From Blastocystis sp. Blastoise (taxonomy: Eukaryota; Protista; Bigyra: Opalinata), in contig JBBPEB010000015.1 of the NCBI GenBank assembly GCA_039096225.1, positions 930,001 through 994,000 on the forward strand: 64,000 nucleotides of DNA. The letters run 5' to 3'. The notes beneath the pieces are model-generated. The model worked only from the letters and a program-made list of their open reading frames with translations, had not been told where the DNA came from and did no database searches. Below, one piece after another: positions 29,500-40,864 of this stretch (positions are counted from its first letter, which is position 1; the number at the start of each line of letters is the position of its first letter). The position numbers and the translations under genes are program-made.

Positions 29500-30907
29500 T
29501 TGGTCTATGTCATTATGATGTTAAACTTCTCAATTTCTTTCTTACTAAAGATACAACAATATGTATATCTAAAGTCTATTCTATATATTATTATTTATAT
29601 CACTTTATTTCTATAAATATATATAGCATCCGATTGTATATATGTATTTCAACTTCCTTTTACAACACTTTCTTATTATTTACCTCAACACAACTTATTC
29701 CTTCTGAAATTGGCTGATTTCGGAACAGCTGTTTGGGGCCAAGATTCCCACGGGGAACTCACGATTGGTCAGGTATATATTATATATATACTTTTATGTA
29801 TTCATATTCGTTATAAACTAAATATATATATATACTTTTATGTATTAGTATTCGTTATAAACTATATTTATATATATTCTTTTATGTATTAGTATTCATT
29901 ATAAACTATATATATATATAATATATATAGTATACGACATTAGAAAATACACCACTAGAATATTTCTGTGAACCTGATCATTTAAGCATTTCCCCCGCGG
30001 GAGATATATGGTGTTTAGGTCTTTCTCTCTTACATCTACTCACAGGTCATGTTCCGTATATATATAACAATTGATATATATATATATATTCTAAGTATTA
30101 CTATAGCATGATAATTCTTTCAATTATCAACATCCATATATATAGATATAATTTTCTTGACTATATTATTATTATATATATAGATATGAAGAAATATTAA
30201 GCGAAGTGCATTGTCCTCAGGAAATAAAATCATTTCTTAAGACAACATGGACAAATAACCGTGGGGATCATAAAAACAAATACAAACAATTAAAAGATGT
30301 TATTAAAGTATATATCTTATATATATATAATTATATTTTTTCAGATATCATACAAATTGAACATATATATATATATATATCTAATATATTATATAGGGAT
30401 GGGATGATGAAGTATTATATGACACAGTATATCGTCAGATCGTTCTTTGGGGGATTGATGAGGGATCATATCAAGAATATCCTGTATATATTTATAATGT
30501 TTATAATACATATTCTTTATATAATACTATATGCTTATTATTTTTGTTATTTTATATTTATACTTCTATATTGTTATTAGTTATTACCTTCTCTCTATGG
30601 TATGCTATATACTTCATCTTCTCAATCAATTCAAACTCGATCTCAATATCATCTCTCTAAACTTCAAATACAATTTCAAAATGATCAATCTGTCTATTCA
30701 TTTCTATATGGAACAAATCCACTTATTTCAAGAGCACGTAATTTATCTAGAAAACTTAACGGTCTTGACCAATTATTACTTCGTATTTTATCCACAAATT
30801 ATCACAATTTTCCAACATATGAAGTATATATATATAAATTATTTGAATATCTCTTTATTTACTCTATATACTATTTTAATGGTTTATCAATTTATTCTTA
30901 ACTTTTA

Positions 30908-30944
<37 letters not shown>

Positions 30945-31133
30945 TAAGGATATACTAAGTCATCCTTCTTTGCATATTCATGTTGATCTAAATAAAGGTA
31001 TTCATTATATATATATAACTGCTTTATTTTAATTCTTTCTAACATTTCCCTAGATATCACTTCTGAAAAACAAGAATATGTTTTTACAAATCAAATGTTT
31101 ACAAGTTTTAAAAAGCAAAATAATCTAAATTAA
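24843..31133 (+). CDS. Large atypical (haspin-like) Ser/Thr kinase with long Ser-rich N-terminus and an F-box-like segment
   Basis: Start [18 protein letters not shown]. Kinase motifs [52 protein letters not shown] and GDIWCLG. Final exon ends TAA at 31131-31133. Some internal exon boundaries are ambiguous and the haspin assignment is tentative. Confidence 0.7.
27907..27991. repeat. Intronic (TA)n run starting at the splice donor
   Basis: GT followed directly by about 40 TA units. Confidence 0.9.
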
Positions 31134-31301
31134 TCTTATTTTTCCTTGTGTTTCTATTCTATTGTGATGTTTTAACTATTTTTAAAAATTCTATAACAAT
31201 CTTTTTCGATTGCATATACACTAATATAAATACATTTCTAAAAAACTTTATTTATAATAACAAAACACAAAAAATGAGAAACACGTTATCAATTAAAATA
31301 T

Positions 31302-32261
31302 TTATAATTTTTCAAGTTCAGTAGCAAAGACAGAAGAATAAGTGATGTAGCACATACCTTCAGCATCAGTATCCTTTTGAATTCTACAATAACCTTCTTC
31401 ACCCCAATCGGCACCCCAAGAATTCTTAACAATCCAATACTTGATACCATTTTCTTCACCATAACCAACAGCAAGAACAGCATGATCCATATTCTTAGTA
31501 CATTCAGTAATAATACCAGTACTGTAGAATTGCATAGCAGAAGCATCTAAGACAATGGAAACAGCAGTTTGAGCAACAGCTTCAGCAAGAGCCTTTTCAT
31601 CATTTTGAGGTAATCTAACATATTCCTTAACTTGAACGATCTTTTTACAGGTACTATCTTTACAATCACCATCAAAAGCAGTATAAGGATATTCTTCTTC
31701 ACTACAAAGACCTTTAGCCTTAACGTAGTCCATAGCAACGTAAGGCCAACCACCACCACAACCGTCATTATCATAAGGAGCACCTTGAGTACAATCAACG
31801 AGTTGTTGTTCAGAGAAAAGTTTCATTTCACCGAATTTTTGGAAATTAGTAGTTTCAAGAGAACCAGTAGTAGAAAAAGCCCAACAAGAACCGCAATCAT
31901 ATTGGTTCTTTACAGGAGAAACAGCACCAGATTTTCTCCAATCAACAGATTCAGGAAGAATAGCACCAGTAGGTTGATAGGTAACATCGATTTCATGTTT
32001 AGGTTTAGCACAACCACAGAATTTTCCAGCAAATTCAGCAGGAGTTAAATCAGCGAAGTTGTTGACACCTAATTTCCAAGAAAGATTCTTAGAGTTATGA
32101 GCCTCGATTTTTTCAAGATTTTGAGAGAAAATATTAAGACGATATCTATATTCAGCATTAGAATATTTCTTATTAGACTTAGCTAAATAAGAATCGAATT
32201 CTGTATTACGAAGATTAGCAGCAAAAGCTAAAGCAATAAAAAACAAAGCAATAAATCTCAT
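31302..32261 (-). CDS. Cathepsin L-like papain (C1A) cysteine protease, copy 1, intronless
   Basis: Signal peptide, ERFNIN-type ([12 protein letters not shown]) and GNFD-type (GVNNFAD) prodomain motifs, [19 protein letters not shown] and KNSWG. Confidence 0.97.
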   Translation of the reverse strand: MRFIALFFIALAFAANLRNTEFDSYLAKSNKKYSNAEYRYRLNIFSQNLEKIEAHNSKNLSWKLGVNNFADLTPAEFAGKFCGCAKPKHEIDVTYQPTGAILPESVDWRKSGAVSPVKNQYDCGSCWAFSTTGSLETTNFQKFGEMKLFSEQQLVDCTQGAPYDNDGCGGGWPYVAMDYVKAKGLCSEEEYPYTAFDGDCKDSTCKKIVQVKEYVRLPQNDEKALAEAVAQTAVSIVLDASAMQFYSTGIITECTKNMDHAVLAVGYGEENGIKYWIVKNSWGADWGEEGYCRIQKDTDAEGMCYITYSSVFATELEKL

Positions 32262-32331
32262 TTTATTTACAAAACAAATAAAACTGATGATAATTCCGAA
32301 AACATTAAAAATTTCTTGTCAAAGAGACTCA

Positions 32332-32394
32332 ATGACGCGTTATCATGATTTGGTGATAGACTCTATGACGACGAAAAGATCACTAATATAGCCA
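32332..32394. promoter_or_regulatory. Conserved upstream block of cathepsin copy 1 (shared with copy 3)
   Basis: ATGACGCGT plus the 46-nt block TTTGGTGATAGACTCTATGACGACGAAAAGATCACTAATATAGCCA, identical at 36878-36940, about 90 nt upstream of the ATG amid diverged flanks. Confidence 0.6.
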
Positions 32395-34136
32395 CTAACT
32401 AAGCTTTATAATGGAATACTGTCTTTTCTCCAAAGATGACACATAGGTTCCTCTTTTTGTTTCTTTTAAAAAATGTGTTTTTTGATTTGATGTTTGTATA
32501 TATGTTATAATGAGTAGTCTTTAATTGGGTATTCTTTTTTTATTTGAGACGTTTGTTGTAATAATCCATTATGCTATCATGTTGTTATGTTGAAAACATT
32601 TTTATAGCAATTAGTTTATTTATTATACATATACTTATGTTATTTATGAAACATGCCTCAATTATTATTTCAATAGTATTCAATGCTTTCATTAAGGAAG
32701 GATTCTATGTTAGAGACGATTAATTGCCTATTTGTGTTTTATTTCCAGTTGATGCAGAAGAACACTCCTGAAAGATGTTGGTGAAGTAAAAAATAGTCAC
32801 TACTATATAGAATTCCGTTTCATTTTTTTATATACAAGTTTTTTTGATGAGATAAAATGATTATCTAGAGGATCTTATAATTTGTAGATCAATGCTCTCA
32901 ATACTAGCGTTGCTATATGATAATGAAATGAATATTGATATTTTCTTTTTTAGAACATATTATAGTAAATATTTAAGGTTGTTTGAATAAGACAATTAAA
33001 GTTATTGTTACCAAAGAATAAATATCATGAAATTTTTAGACTTAAATTATTATTTGGTATATATTTAAACATAATAAGAATTAAACAAGCATCATAAGAA
33101 TTCATATGCTTTTTCTCTAATGACTTATTAATATATATTGTTTATGAATTATTGTTTGTTAGAAATTTAAGCATATACATATGTAGAAATGAATCTCGAT
33201 ATGTTTGTATTAGTAATACATTTTTTATACTTCAATTAAATAAATAGATAAACAAAGAGTCATATATGTGAATATCACTGGAATATATATGTGGGAGTAG
33301 ATAATTATTTGAATAAATTACATAATAATTGGGCATTATTATTTGAATTACATATATTTTTTTTCTATAAAGATTCATTTGATAATGTAATATAGTTATT
33401 TACAATATATTTTGAGAAAGCAGAAATGGTTCATATTGCATAGTTGAAAGTTAAACTTGAGTTATTTATGTAAGTTGATACATTATTATACTTTATTTAC
33501 TATTTAAACTATAATTATTTAGTAAGTGGATGTATTATTATTATACTCTATTTGCCCTTTACTTTTTAGATAGTTCTATGTATGTAAGAAATAGTAACAA
33601 TAATGAGTATGTTATGTAGTATCATCTAAAATTCTTGGTGTTTATTTAATGAAGAGGACTACATAGGAGAGGAGGGAGATATAGAATATTGTATTCATTC
33701 AGTAGATTTATTAAAAGAGTATTTATGTTCAATCATATGTAGTTTATTAAGTAGCTTTCATAATTACACTTTCATGGATTCTTATAAGACAATTATGAAA
33801 TGAAGATATTTTAGTCAATTTATTATATATACAAATTAGATTTTATAACGATCGATTTATTTCTTCCTATGTTTATAATAAATAATATATATCTCCTTTT
33901 GATCATATATAGTTCATAGGTTTTATAACAACTTCTTAAAGAACTATTTCTTTATATATCTTATATTATTAGCAATATATTTATATTTGATTTACAAAAT
34001 CTAAAATAGTATAATAAGAAATAACACATTTCGCAAGTGAAACAATTGTAATTCAGGTTAATTGACAATAAAAAATATTGTGATAAACAACAAAACAACT
34101 AACAATGGTAAAACCAGAAAGGATTACGTATTACAC

Positions 34137-35096
34137 TTATAATTTTTCAAGTTCAGTAGCAAAGACAGAAGAGTAAGTAATATAACACATACCTTCAGCA
34201 TCAGTATCCTTTTGAATTCTACAATAACCTTCTTCACCCCAAGCAGAACCCCAAGAATTCTTAACAATCCAATATTTAGTACCATTTTCTTCACCATAAC
34301 CTACAGCAAGAACAGCATGATTCATATTTTTGGTGCATTCAGTAATAATACCAGAAGAATAATGTTGCATAGCAGAAGCATCTAAGACAATAGAAACAGC
34401 AGTTTGAGCAACAGCTTCAGCAAGAGCCTTTTCATCATTTTGAGGTAATCTAACATATTCCTTAACTTGAACTACTTTCGTACAAGTACTATCTTTACAG
34501 AAATTATCATAACCTTCATAAGGATATTCTTCTTCACTACAAAGACCAACTTTCTTAGCATATTCCATACCGTTATAAGGCCAACCACCAGCGCAGCCAC
34601 CATTACCATAAGGTGAGTCACGAGTACAATCAACGAGTTGTTGTTCAGAGAAAAGTTTCATTTCACCGAATTTTTGGAAATTAGTAGTTTCAAGAGAACC
34701 AGTAGTAGAAAAAGCCCAGCATGATCCACAAGCACCTTGATTCTTTACAGGAGAAACAGCACCAGATTTTCTCCAATCAACAGATTCAGGAAGAATAGCA
34801 CCAGTAGGTTTATAAGTGACATCAGTAGTATGTTTAGGTTTAGCACAACCACAGAATTTTCCAGCAAATTCAGCAGGAGTTAAATCAGCATATTCATTAA
34901 CACCTAATTTCCAAGAAAGATTCTTAGAATTATGTTCTTCAATCTTTTCAAGATTTTGAGAGAAAATATTAAGACGATATCTATATTCAGCATTAGAATA
35001 CTTTTTGTTGGTTCTAGCTAAATAAGAATCGAATTCTGTATTACGAAGATTAGCAGCAAAAGCTAAAGCAATAAAAAACAAAGCAATAAATCTCAT
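34137..35096 (-). CDS. Cathepsin L-like papain (C1A) cysteine protease, copy 2, intronless
   Basis: Same architecture as copy 1; [19 protein letters not shown] and KNSWG. Confidence 0.97.
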   Translation of the reverse strand: MRFIALFFIALAFAANLRNTEFDSYLARTNKKYSNAEYRYRLNIFSQNLEKIEEHNSKNLSWKLGVNEYADLTPAEFAGKFCGCAKPKHTTDVTYKPTGAILPESVDWRKSGAVSPVKNQGACGSCWAFSTTGSLETTNFQKFGEMKLFSEQQLVDCTRDSPYGNGGCAGGWPYNGMEYAKKVGLCSEEEYPYEGYDNFCKDSTCTKVVQVKEYVRLPQNDEKALAEAVAQTAVSIVLDASAMQHYSSGIITECTKNMNHAVLAVGYGEENGTKYWIVKNSWGSAWGEEGYCRIQKDTDAEGMCYITYSSVFATELEKL

Positions 35097-35845
35097 TTTT
35101 ATTTACAAAACAAATAAAATATGTTTGAAAATTATATGGAGGACAAAATCTCAATGATTAAAAGAGAAACTTCCTGATTTTATGTCCACCAATAACGTTG
35201 TAGAAACTAAAGCATAATGATATCAATTGTGTTTTTTACAAAGGAAACCAACAAACACATTTTAAATGGAAGAAAAGAATGAAATCAAATATAACACTCT
35301 TCTTATATGAATTTAACAAGGCTATTCTATGTTACATTACTGATATACAGTTGCAAAAGAGACATATAAGGAATTTATCGATATATGAAGATAATATGTT
35401 TAAAGGATATATTTATCATTTTATGACATATTATTTATTTAAAATATACTTTTTATTCGTCATCTCAATGAAAATGTAAAGCTCATATGATGTGTCAATG
35501 TCATAATGGACAATTGTTGCTGTATTACAATATCTGAAACGATTTTTTAAATTTATTTACTCGCAAAAAATATAATTCTTTTCAAAGTCATAATAATTAC
35601 ATACATATTTGAAAAGTATTTGTTTTAAATAAAAGTGAATTTAATTAAGAATATAGTACTTAATTTGTATGAGCAGTTCTGCCAACTATCTATTGAGTAT
35701 ATTGTCCTTGTAAAAAAAATTTTTAATAATATATATTTTTGATTAATTATCATAAATATGAAACAATGGTCTTCTATTTCCTAATAATAATACAAAAACT
35801 TGTATAACAAAACAATATGTAAGATAGAATCAAAAATTATTATAT

Positions 35846-36805
35846 TTATAATTTTTCAAGTTCAGTAGCAAAGACAGAAGAGTAAGTAATATAACACATA
35901 CCTTCAGCATCAGTATCCTTTTGAATTCTACAATAACCTTCTTCACCCCAAGCAGAACCCCAAGAATTCTTAACAATCCAATATTTAGTACCATTTTCTT
36001 CACCATAACCTACAGCAAGAACAGCATGATTCATATTTTTGGTGCATTCAGTAATAATACCAGAAGAATAAAGTTGCATAGCAGAAGCATCTAAGACAAT
36101 AGAAACAGCAGTTTGAGCAACAGCTTCAGCAAGAGCCTTTTCATCATTTTGAGGTAATCTGACGAATTCATTGACCTTAACAACCTTCTTACATTCACCA
36201 TCTTTACAGTTACCATCAACAGCAGTATAAGGATATTCTTCTTCACTACAAAGACCGTTAGTCTTAACGTAGTCCATAGCAACGTAAGGCCAACCACCAC
36301 CACAACCATAGTTGTTGTAAGGGAATTCGGTAGTACAATCAACGAGTTGTTGTTCAGAGAAGAGTTTCATTTCACCGAATTTTTGGAAATTAGTAGTTTC
36401 AAGAGAACCAGTAGTAGAAAAGGCCCAACAAGAACCACAGGAAGCTTGATTCTTTACAGGAGAAACAGCACCAGATTTTCTCCAATCAACAGATTCAGGA
36501 AGAACAGCACCAGTAGGTTTATAAGTGACATCAGTAGTATGTTTAGGTTTAGCACAACCACAGAATTTTCCAGCAAATTCAGCAGGAGTTAAATCAGCAT
36601 ATTCATTAACACCTAATTTCCAAGAAAGATTCTTAGAATTATGTTCTTCGATTTTTTCAAGATTTTGAGAGAAAATATTAAGACGATATCTATACTCAGC
36701 ATTAGAATATTTCTTATTAGACTTAGCTAAATAAGAATCGAATTCTGTATTACGAAGATTAGCAGCAAAAGCTAAAGCAATAAAAAACAAAGCAATAAAT
36801 CTCAT
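35846..36805 (-). CDS. Cathepsin L-like papain (C1A) cysteine protease, copy 3, intronless
   Basis: Same architecture as copy 1; [19 protein letters not shown] and KNSWG. Confidence 0.97.
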   Translation of the reverse strand: MRFIALFFIALAFAANLRNTEFDSYLAKSNKKYSNAEYRYRLNIFSQNLEKIEEHNSKNLSWKLGVNEYADLTPAEFAGKFCGCAKPKHTTDVTYKPTGAVLPESVDWRKSGAVSPVKNQASCGSCWAFSTTGSLETTNFQKFGEMKLFSEQQLVDCTTEFPYNNYGCGGGWPYVAMDYVKTNGLCSEEEYPYTAVDGNCKDGECKKVVKVNEFVRLPQNDEKALAEAVAQTAVSIVLDASAMQLYSSGIITECTKNMNHAVLAVGYGEENGTKYWIVKNSWGSAWGEEGYCRIQKDTDAEGMCYITYSSVFATELEKL

Positions 36806-36877
36806 TTTATTTACAAAACAAATAAAATATGTTTAATATCTTGTCTGCAAAAAGCTTGAAATGTGTATTGTCTAATC

Positions 36878-36940
36878 ATGACGCGTGCATCTCGTTTGGT
36901 GATAGACTCTATGACGACGAAAAGATCACTAATATAGCCA
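36878..36940. promoter_or_regulatory. Conserved upstream block of cathepsin copy 3 (shared with copy 1)
   Basis: Same ATGACGCGT and identical 46-nt block as at 32332-32394. Confidence 0.6.
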
Positions 36941-37437
36941 ATAAGAAATTTTCGATTTTTTGAATACTATTTCTCATTTACAACTCTGATTCACCGATTT
37001 TGTTTTTTCTCTTTCGCTCCAAAAAGGAGAAGTGACCCTATCCTTTCTCAATTGTTTGACTCTCTCTTTGTTTGTTTGCTTTTATAGAATTATCTCTTGG
37101 ATAACTTGTTGTTCATGTTGCAATGCTTTATTTCCTTCAAACAGTTGTTCTAAAATATATTTTTTCTAAACTCAAAGATAATATTCTTCTTCTTTGAACA
37201 AATTATATATTTTAATATAGTTAGATATAATATATGATTATTGTAATTTCATTTTGTAAATCAACTTTGTGTTAAAATTCCATTTTAAGAATTATATTAA
37301 AACATATTTATAATAGTTATCGTTTTTTATTTATAATATATATATATATTTAGAATTACATAATAATAGTAATTTCTAAACTTAAAGCAATTTCAAAACA
37401 AAACCATAAAAATAAAACAATAATAAAGAGAAAAAAA

Positions 37438-40400
37438 TTATGTAGGAAGATTATTATAATCAAAAACTGGTTTTCCTTGAATATATGTGTATAATACATT
37501 AAAATTTGAGTCTAAAAAAAGAATGTCTGCATCCATTCCATGTTCTAAAGAGCCTTTATGATTATAGATATTTAAATATTTAGCAGGATTCACAGAAGAA
37601 GCAAAAACAGCATATTCAAGGGGTAATGAAGTATCAGCTAAGAAATTATGTATAACAGTTGTCATCGGTGCGGTTGACCCTTGTAGTTGTTTTTTATTAT
37701 TTATATCGTATATATAACTATATAGATATATAAATAAGAAATAGATATAATAAAAAATAATATTTTTTTGAATATATTAATATGTACCCATTGTCTATCA
37801 TGATTTCTTTATCTTGATATGTAATAATACCATCATCTAAGCCCATATAAATAGAATTCATAGGTTCTAGTATACAGTCTATAAGATATATATAAGATAT
37901 ATATAGAATATTTATATATGTGAATAGATGATAAAATATTTTGATATATAAAAATTCATATTAAAAAATAGATGATAAAATATTTTGATATATAAAAATT
38001 TATATTAAAACATAGATGATAAAATATTTTGATATATAAAAAAATATTAAAAAATAGATGATAAAATATTTTGATATTTAAAAATTTATATAAAAAAAGA
38101 AATAATATAGTTATTATCATTATATACTATATGCATATGTTTGTGCAGGTATTTGAAGCATATAAGGGAATGCATAGAGAGGGTCACTTGTAAGTGTATA
38201 ATAATAAGGAAAAGAAGGTTGTTTCGTTATAGATATAGAAGAAGAAGAAGTAGAAGAGGAAGATAAGGGTAGATTCATTTGTTCATTAATATATGGATTT
38301 GAATTTGATTGTAACAATAATGGAATTGATTGAATGAGATATTGATAAAGAGATACTAATATATTTGAATATAAAGATGTATTTGAAGTAGAAGAAGAAG
38401 TAGTAGATGTTTGTGAAGAAGATAGCGTTTGTGTGGAATTCGAGTAATTCCTACTCTTCTTATTAGCTGTAGATGAATGAGAAGTTGATATATTTGAATG
38501 GAGACTAGTAGGATTTGTAGAAATAGTTGTAGTTTGACTACAAGGCATAGAAGAATTCACTGATTTATTTTTATTATGTTTTTCTTCTTGACATTCATTA
38601 ATATTCGTTTTATTACTCGATGTTGTATATAATGAATTATTATTATTCTTTGAATTAACAGTATTATTTATGGATGTTGTAACATTAGCTACAGGTTTTG
38701 ATTGATTTGAAGATATTGCATTTTTACTAGTGTCACTGGTAGTATCACAATTCTGTATATGAATAACAGGGTTTTGAGTAGGACAATAAGATGAAAATAC
38801 GGAATTCTTTGTAGTATAATTATTCATATGATTATTTGTAATAGTGGGAGGATTATTATTAGTAGTAGTAGAGGTAGATGTGATAGTAGGAGTGTTTTTA
38901 TTATTAGAAGTGATATTGGGAGGATTATTATTATTAGTAGTAGTAGGTTCAACATAAGGATTAGTAGCAGATGAAATAGTAGGATTATTATTATTATTAG
39001 TTTCAATAGTTGAATTATTATTATTAGTAGCTTTAATAGTAGGATTATTATTATTATTAGTTTCAATAGTTGAATTATTATTATTAGTAGCTTTATTATT
39101 TGAATTATTATTATTATTAGTTTCAATAGTTGAATTATTATTACTATTATTAGTTTTAATAGTTGAATTATTATTACTATTCTTAGCAGTTTTAAACATA
39201 TTATTATTATTACAAGTTTGTGAATTCAGAGAGGAGATAGATTGAGAATACATGTAAGAATGTTCTATTCCTTGAAATCCAAGTGATAATATGTTGGATA
39301 ACTAAATAAATATAATACAGAATTATAAATATAAATATTCTCAATTATAATAACATTAAAAAAAATAAAAATAGTATCAATATTATATTAAGAACATACT
39401 ATTTCTGGAGAGTATAGACCATCATGAAAGAATGAAATACATATATCATTCTGTTTACACCACTGAATTAACTCTTTAGTATATACACATGATGAATTTA
39501 TTGTAATAATTTTTAAGATATCAATATAATCCTTAAGTGTAGAATTCAAATAATCTGATATAGGTAGAGAACAAGCTGAATTATGTAGACAAATAGGAAG
39601 GGGTATGGAATTGATAGATTCACTAGATTCAGAAGAGGCTGAATTGAGGTGAAATGAAGGTTCTTTTTTCACTGGAATAGATTTTTTATCACCAAGTAAT
39701 TCTTGTTTACTTTGATTATTGTGTTTATCTTTGACTTTATCTAGTTTTAAAGATACTTGAATACTTTTTGTCTTAGGCTGGTATTTATGTGTTGTTGGAG
39801 ATGATTTTGTTAATAGTTTTTCTGTTCTTTTAGAAGCTAAGGAAGATATAGAAGAAGAAAGGAGCTGAGGAAGAATAGGGGAATTTAAATGAATACCAAG
39901 TAAAATAGACCCATTCTTATTCTTATTCTTTTCTATTTATATATGAGTAATATTGAAAATAAAAATAAATATATATAAAAATGATATTATCTATTTACTA
40001 ATAAATGTTTTAAAGATGTCAAGAAGATGACATTGATGTAAATAATTAACAGGAGTAATAGATGCACAAAAAGATGTAATACCAAACTATATACATATAT
40101 TTAAGTTTATAAAATATAAAATATAAAACTATAAAAAAATAAAAGATATAAATGTATAAAATATATAAATATATAAATATATATATAAAATTATAAAAAT
40201 ATAAAAACATAATTAAAATTAAAAAAAACTTAGAAAACAACATGACTAGAATTACCTTGACTAAGTTGAGAACTACAAATTCTATATCATCAGTAGATAT
40301 ATCAGAGTCTGAAAAATTTATTCCAAATGCTCCAGGAAGATTCGTTAATATAAACCCTGGAATAACAATAGCTCCTTGACCATCAATTACCTATATGAAA

Positions 40401-40652
40401 AAAGTAAATAACTCTGAATCAACGATATATCTATATTTCAATACCTTATAATCATCCATGTTTTGAATAGTAGAGTTCATATGCTGCATATTCATTTGAC
40501 AATCGACCATTTTTCCATTAACTACAAGGATATCTTTCGCATATATCTAGATTTATAGGATTCAATCATTTAACAACAAAATTTACCTTTCCATATTGGA
40601 AAACCTTAATATTGACAAACCGTCTCGCAAATGATGCTTCACAATCGTCCAT
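37438..40652 (-). CDS. NagA/AMDHD2-like (GlcNAc-6-phosphate deacetylase fold) protein, probably inactive, with large Asn/Ser/Thr-rich insertion
   Basis: ATG at 40652. In-phase exons give IDGQGAIVIPGFI..GAFGINF, FGITSFC, ILLGIHL, GSTAPM, NPAKYLNI and KGSLEHGMDADILFLD. Key catalytic positions are substituted. Confidence 0.75.
37924..38090. repeat. Intronic ~45-nt tandem repeat x4 (ATAGATGATAAAATATTTTGATATATAAAAA...)
   Basis: Four near-identical copies within a NagA-like intron. Confidence 0.85.
38975..39180 (-). repeat. Coding tandem repeat (NNNNSTIETNNNNNPTIKAT-like)
   Basis: Repeated 27-30 nt units in the NagA-like insertion. Confidence 0.8.
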
Positions 40653-40864
40653 AAATGACAGATTATTATTAATATAGATTTGCAATTAACCAAATGTTGT
40701 AGTAGACACTGGCCTAACCTATTATTTGCTAAAATTTTCAAAAAGAAGTATTTTTGATGAATTTGACTGATTCCGTATGAAAATTTTGTTTTGGTTCATT
40801 TTATTTACTGAATTATTCTGAATACCACAAAAAAAAATTCTTTCTTTGTAAGATAACTATTGAA

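Noticed and set aside
32400-34100. Possible transposon or gene remnant in the long cathepsin spacer (also 57510-59010)
   Set aside because: No terminal repeats, transposase/RT motifs or credible ORF seen.
31289-36592. Overlapping and antisense ORFs on the cathepsin genes
   Set aside because: Shadow ORFs from biased codon usage, with no recognisable motifs.
37924-38090. CRISPR-like array
   Set aside because: It is a tandem repeat without unique spacers, inside a eukaryotic intron, with no cas genes nearby.
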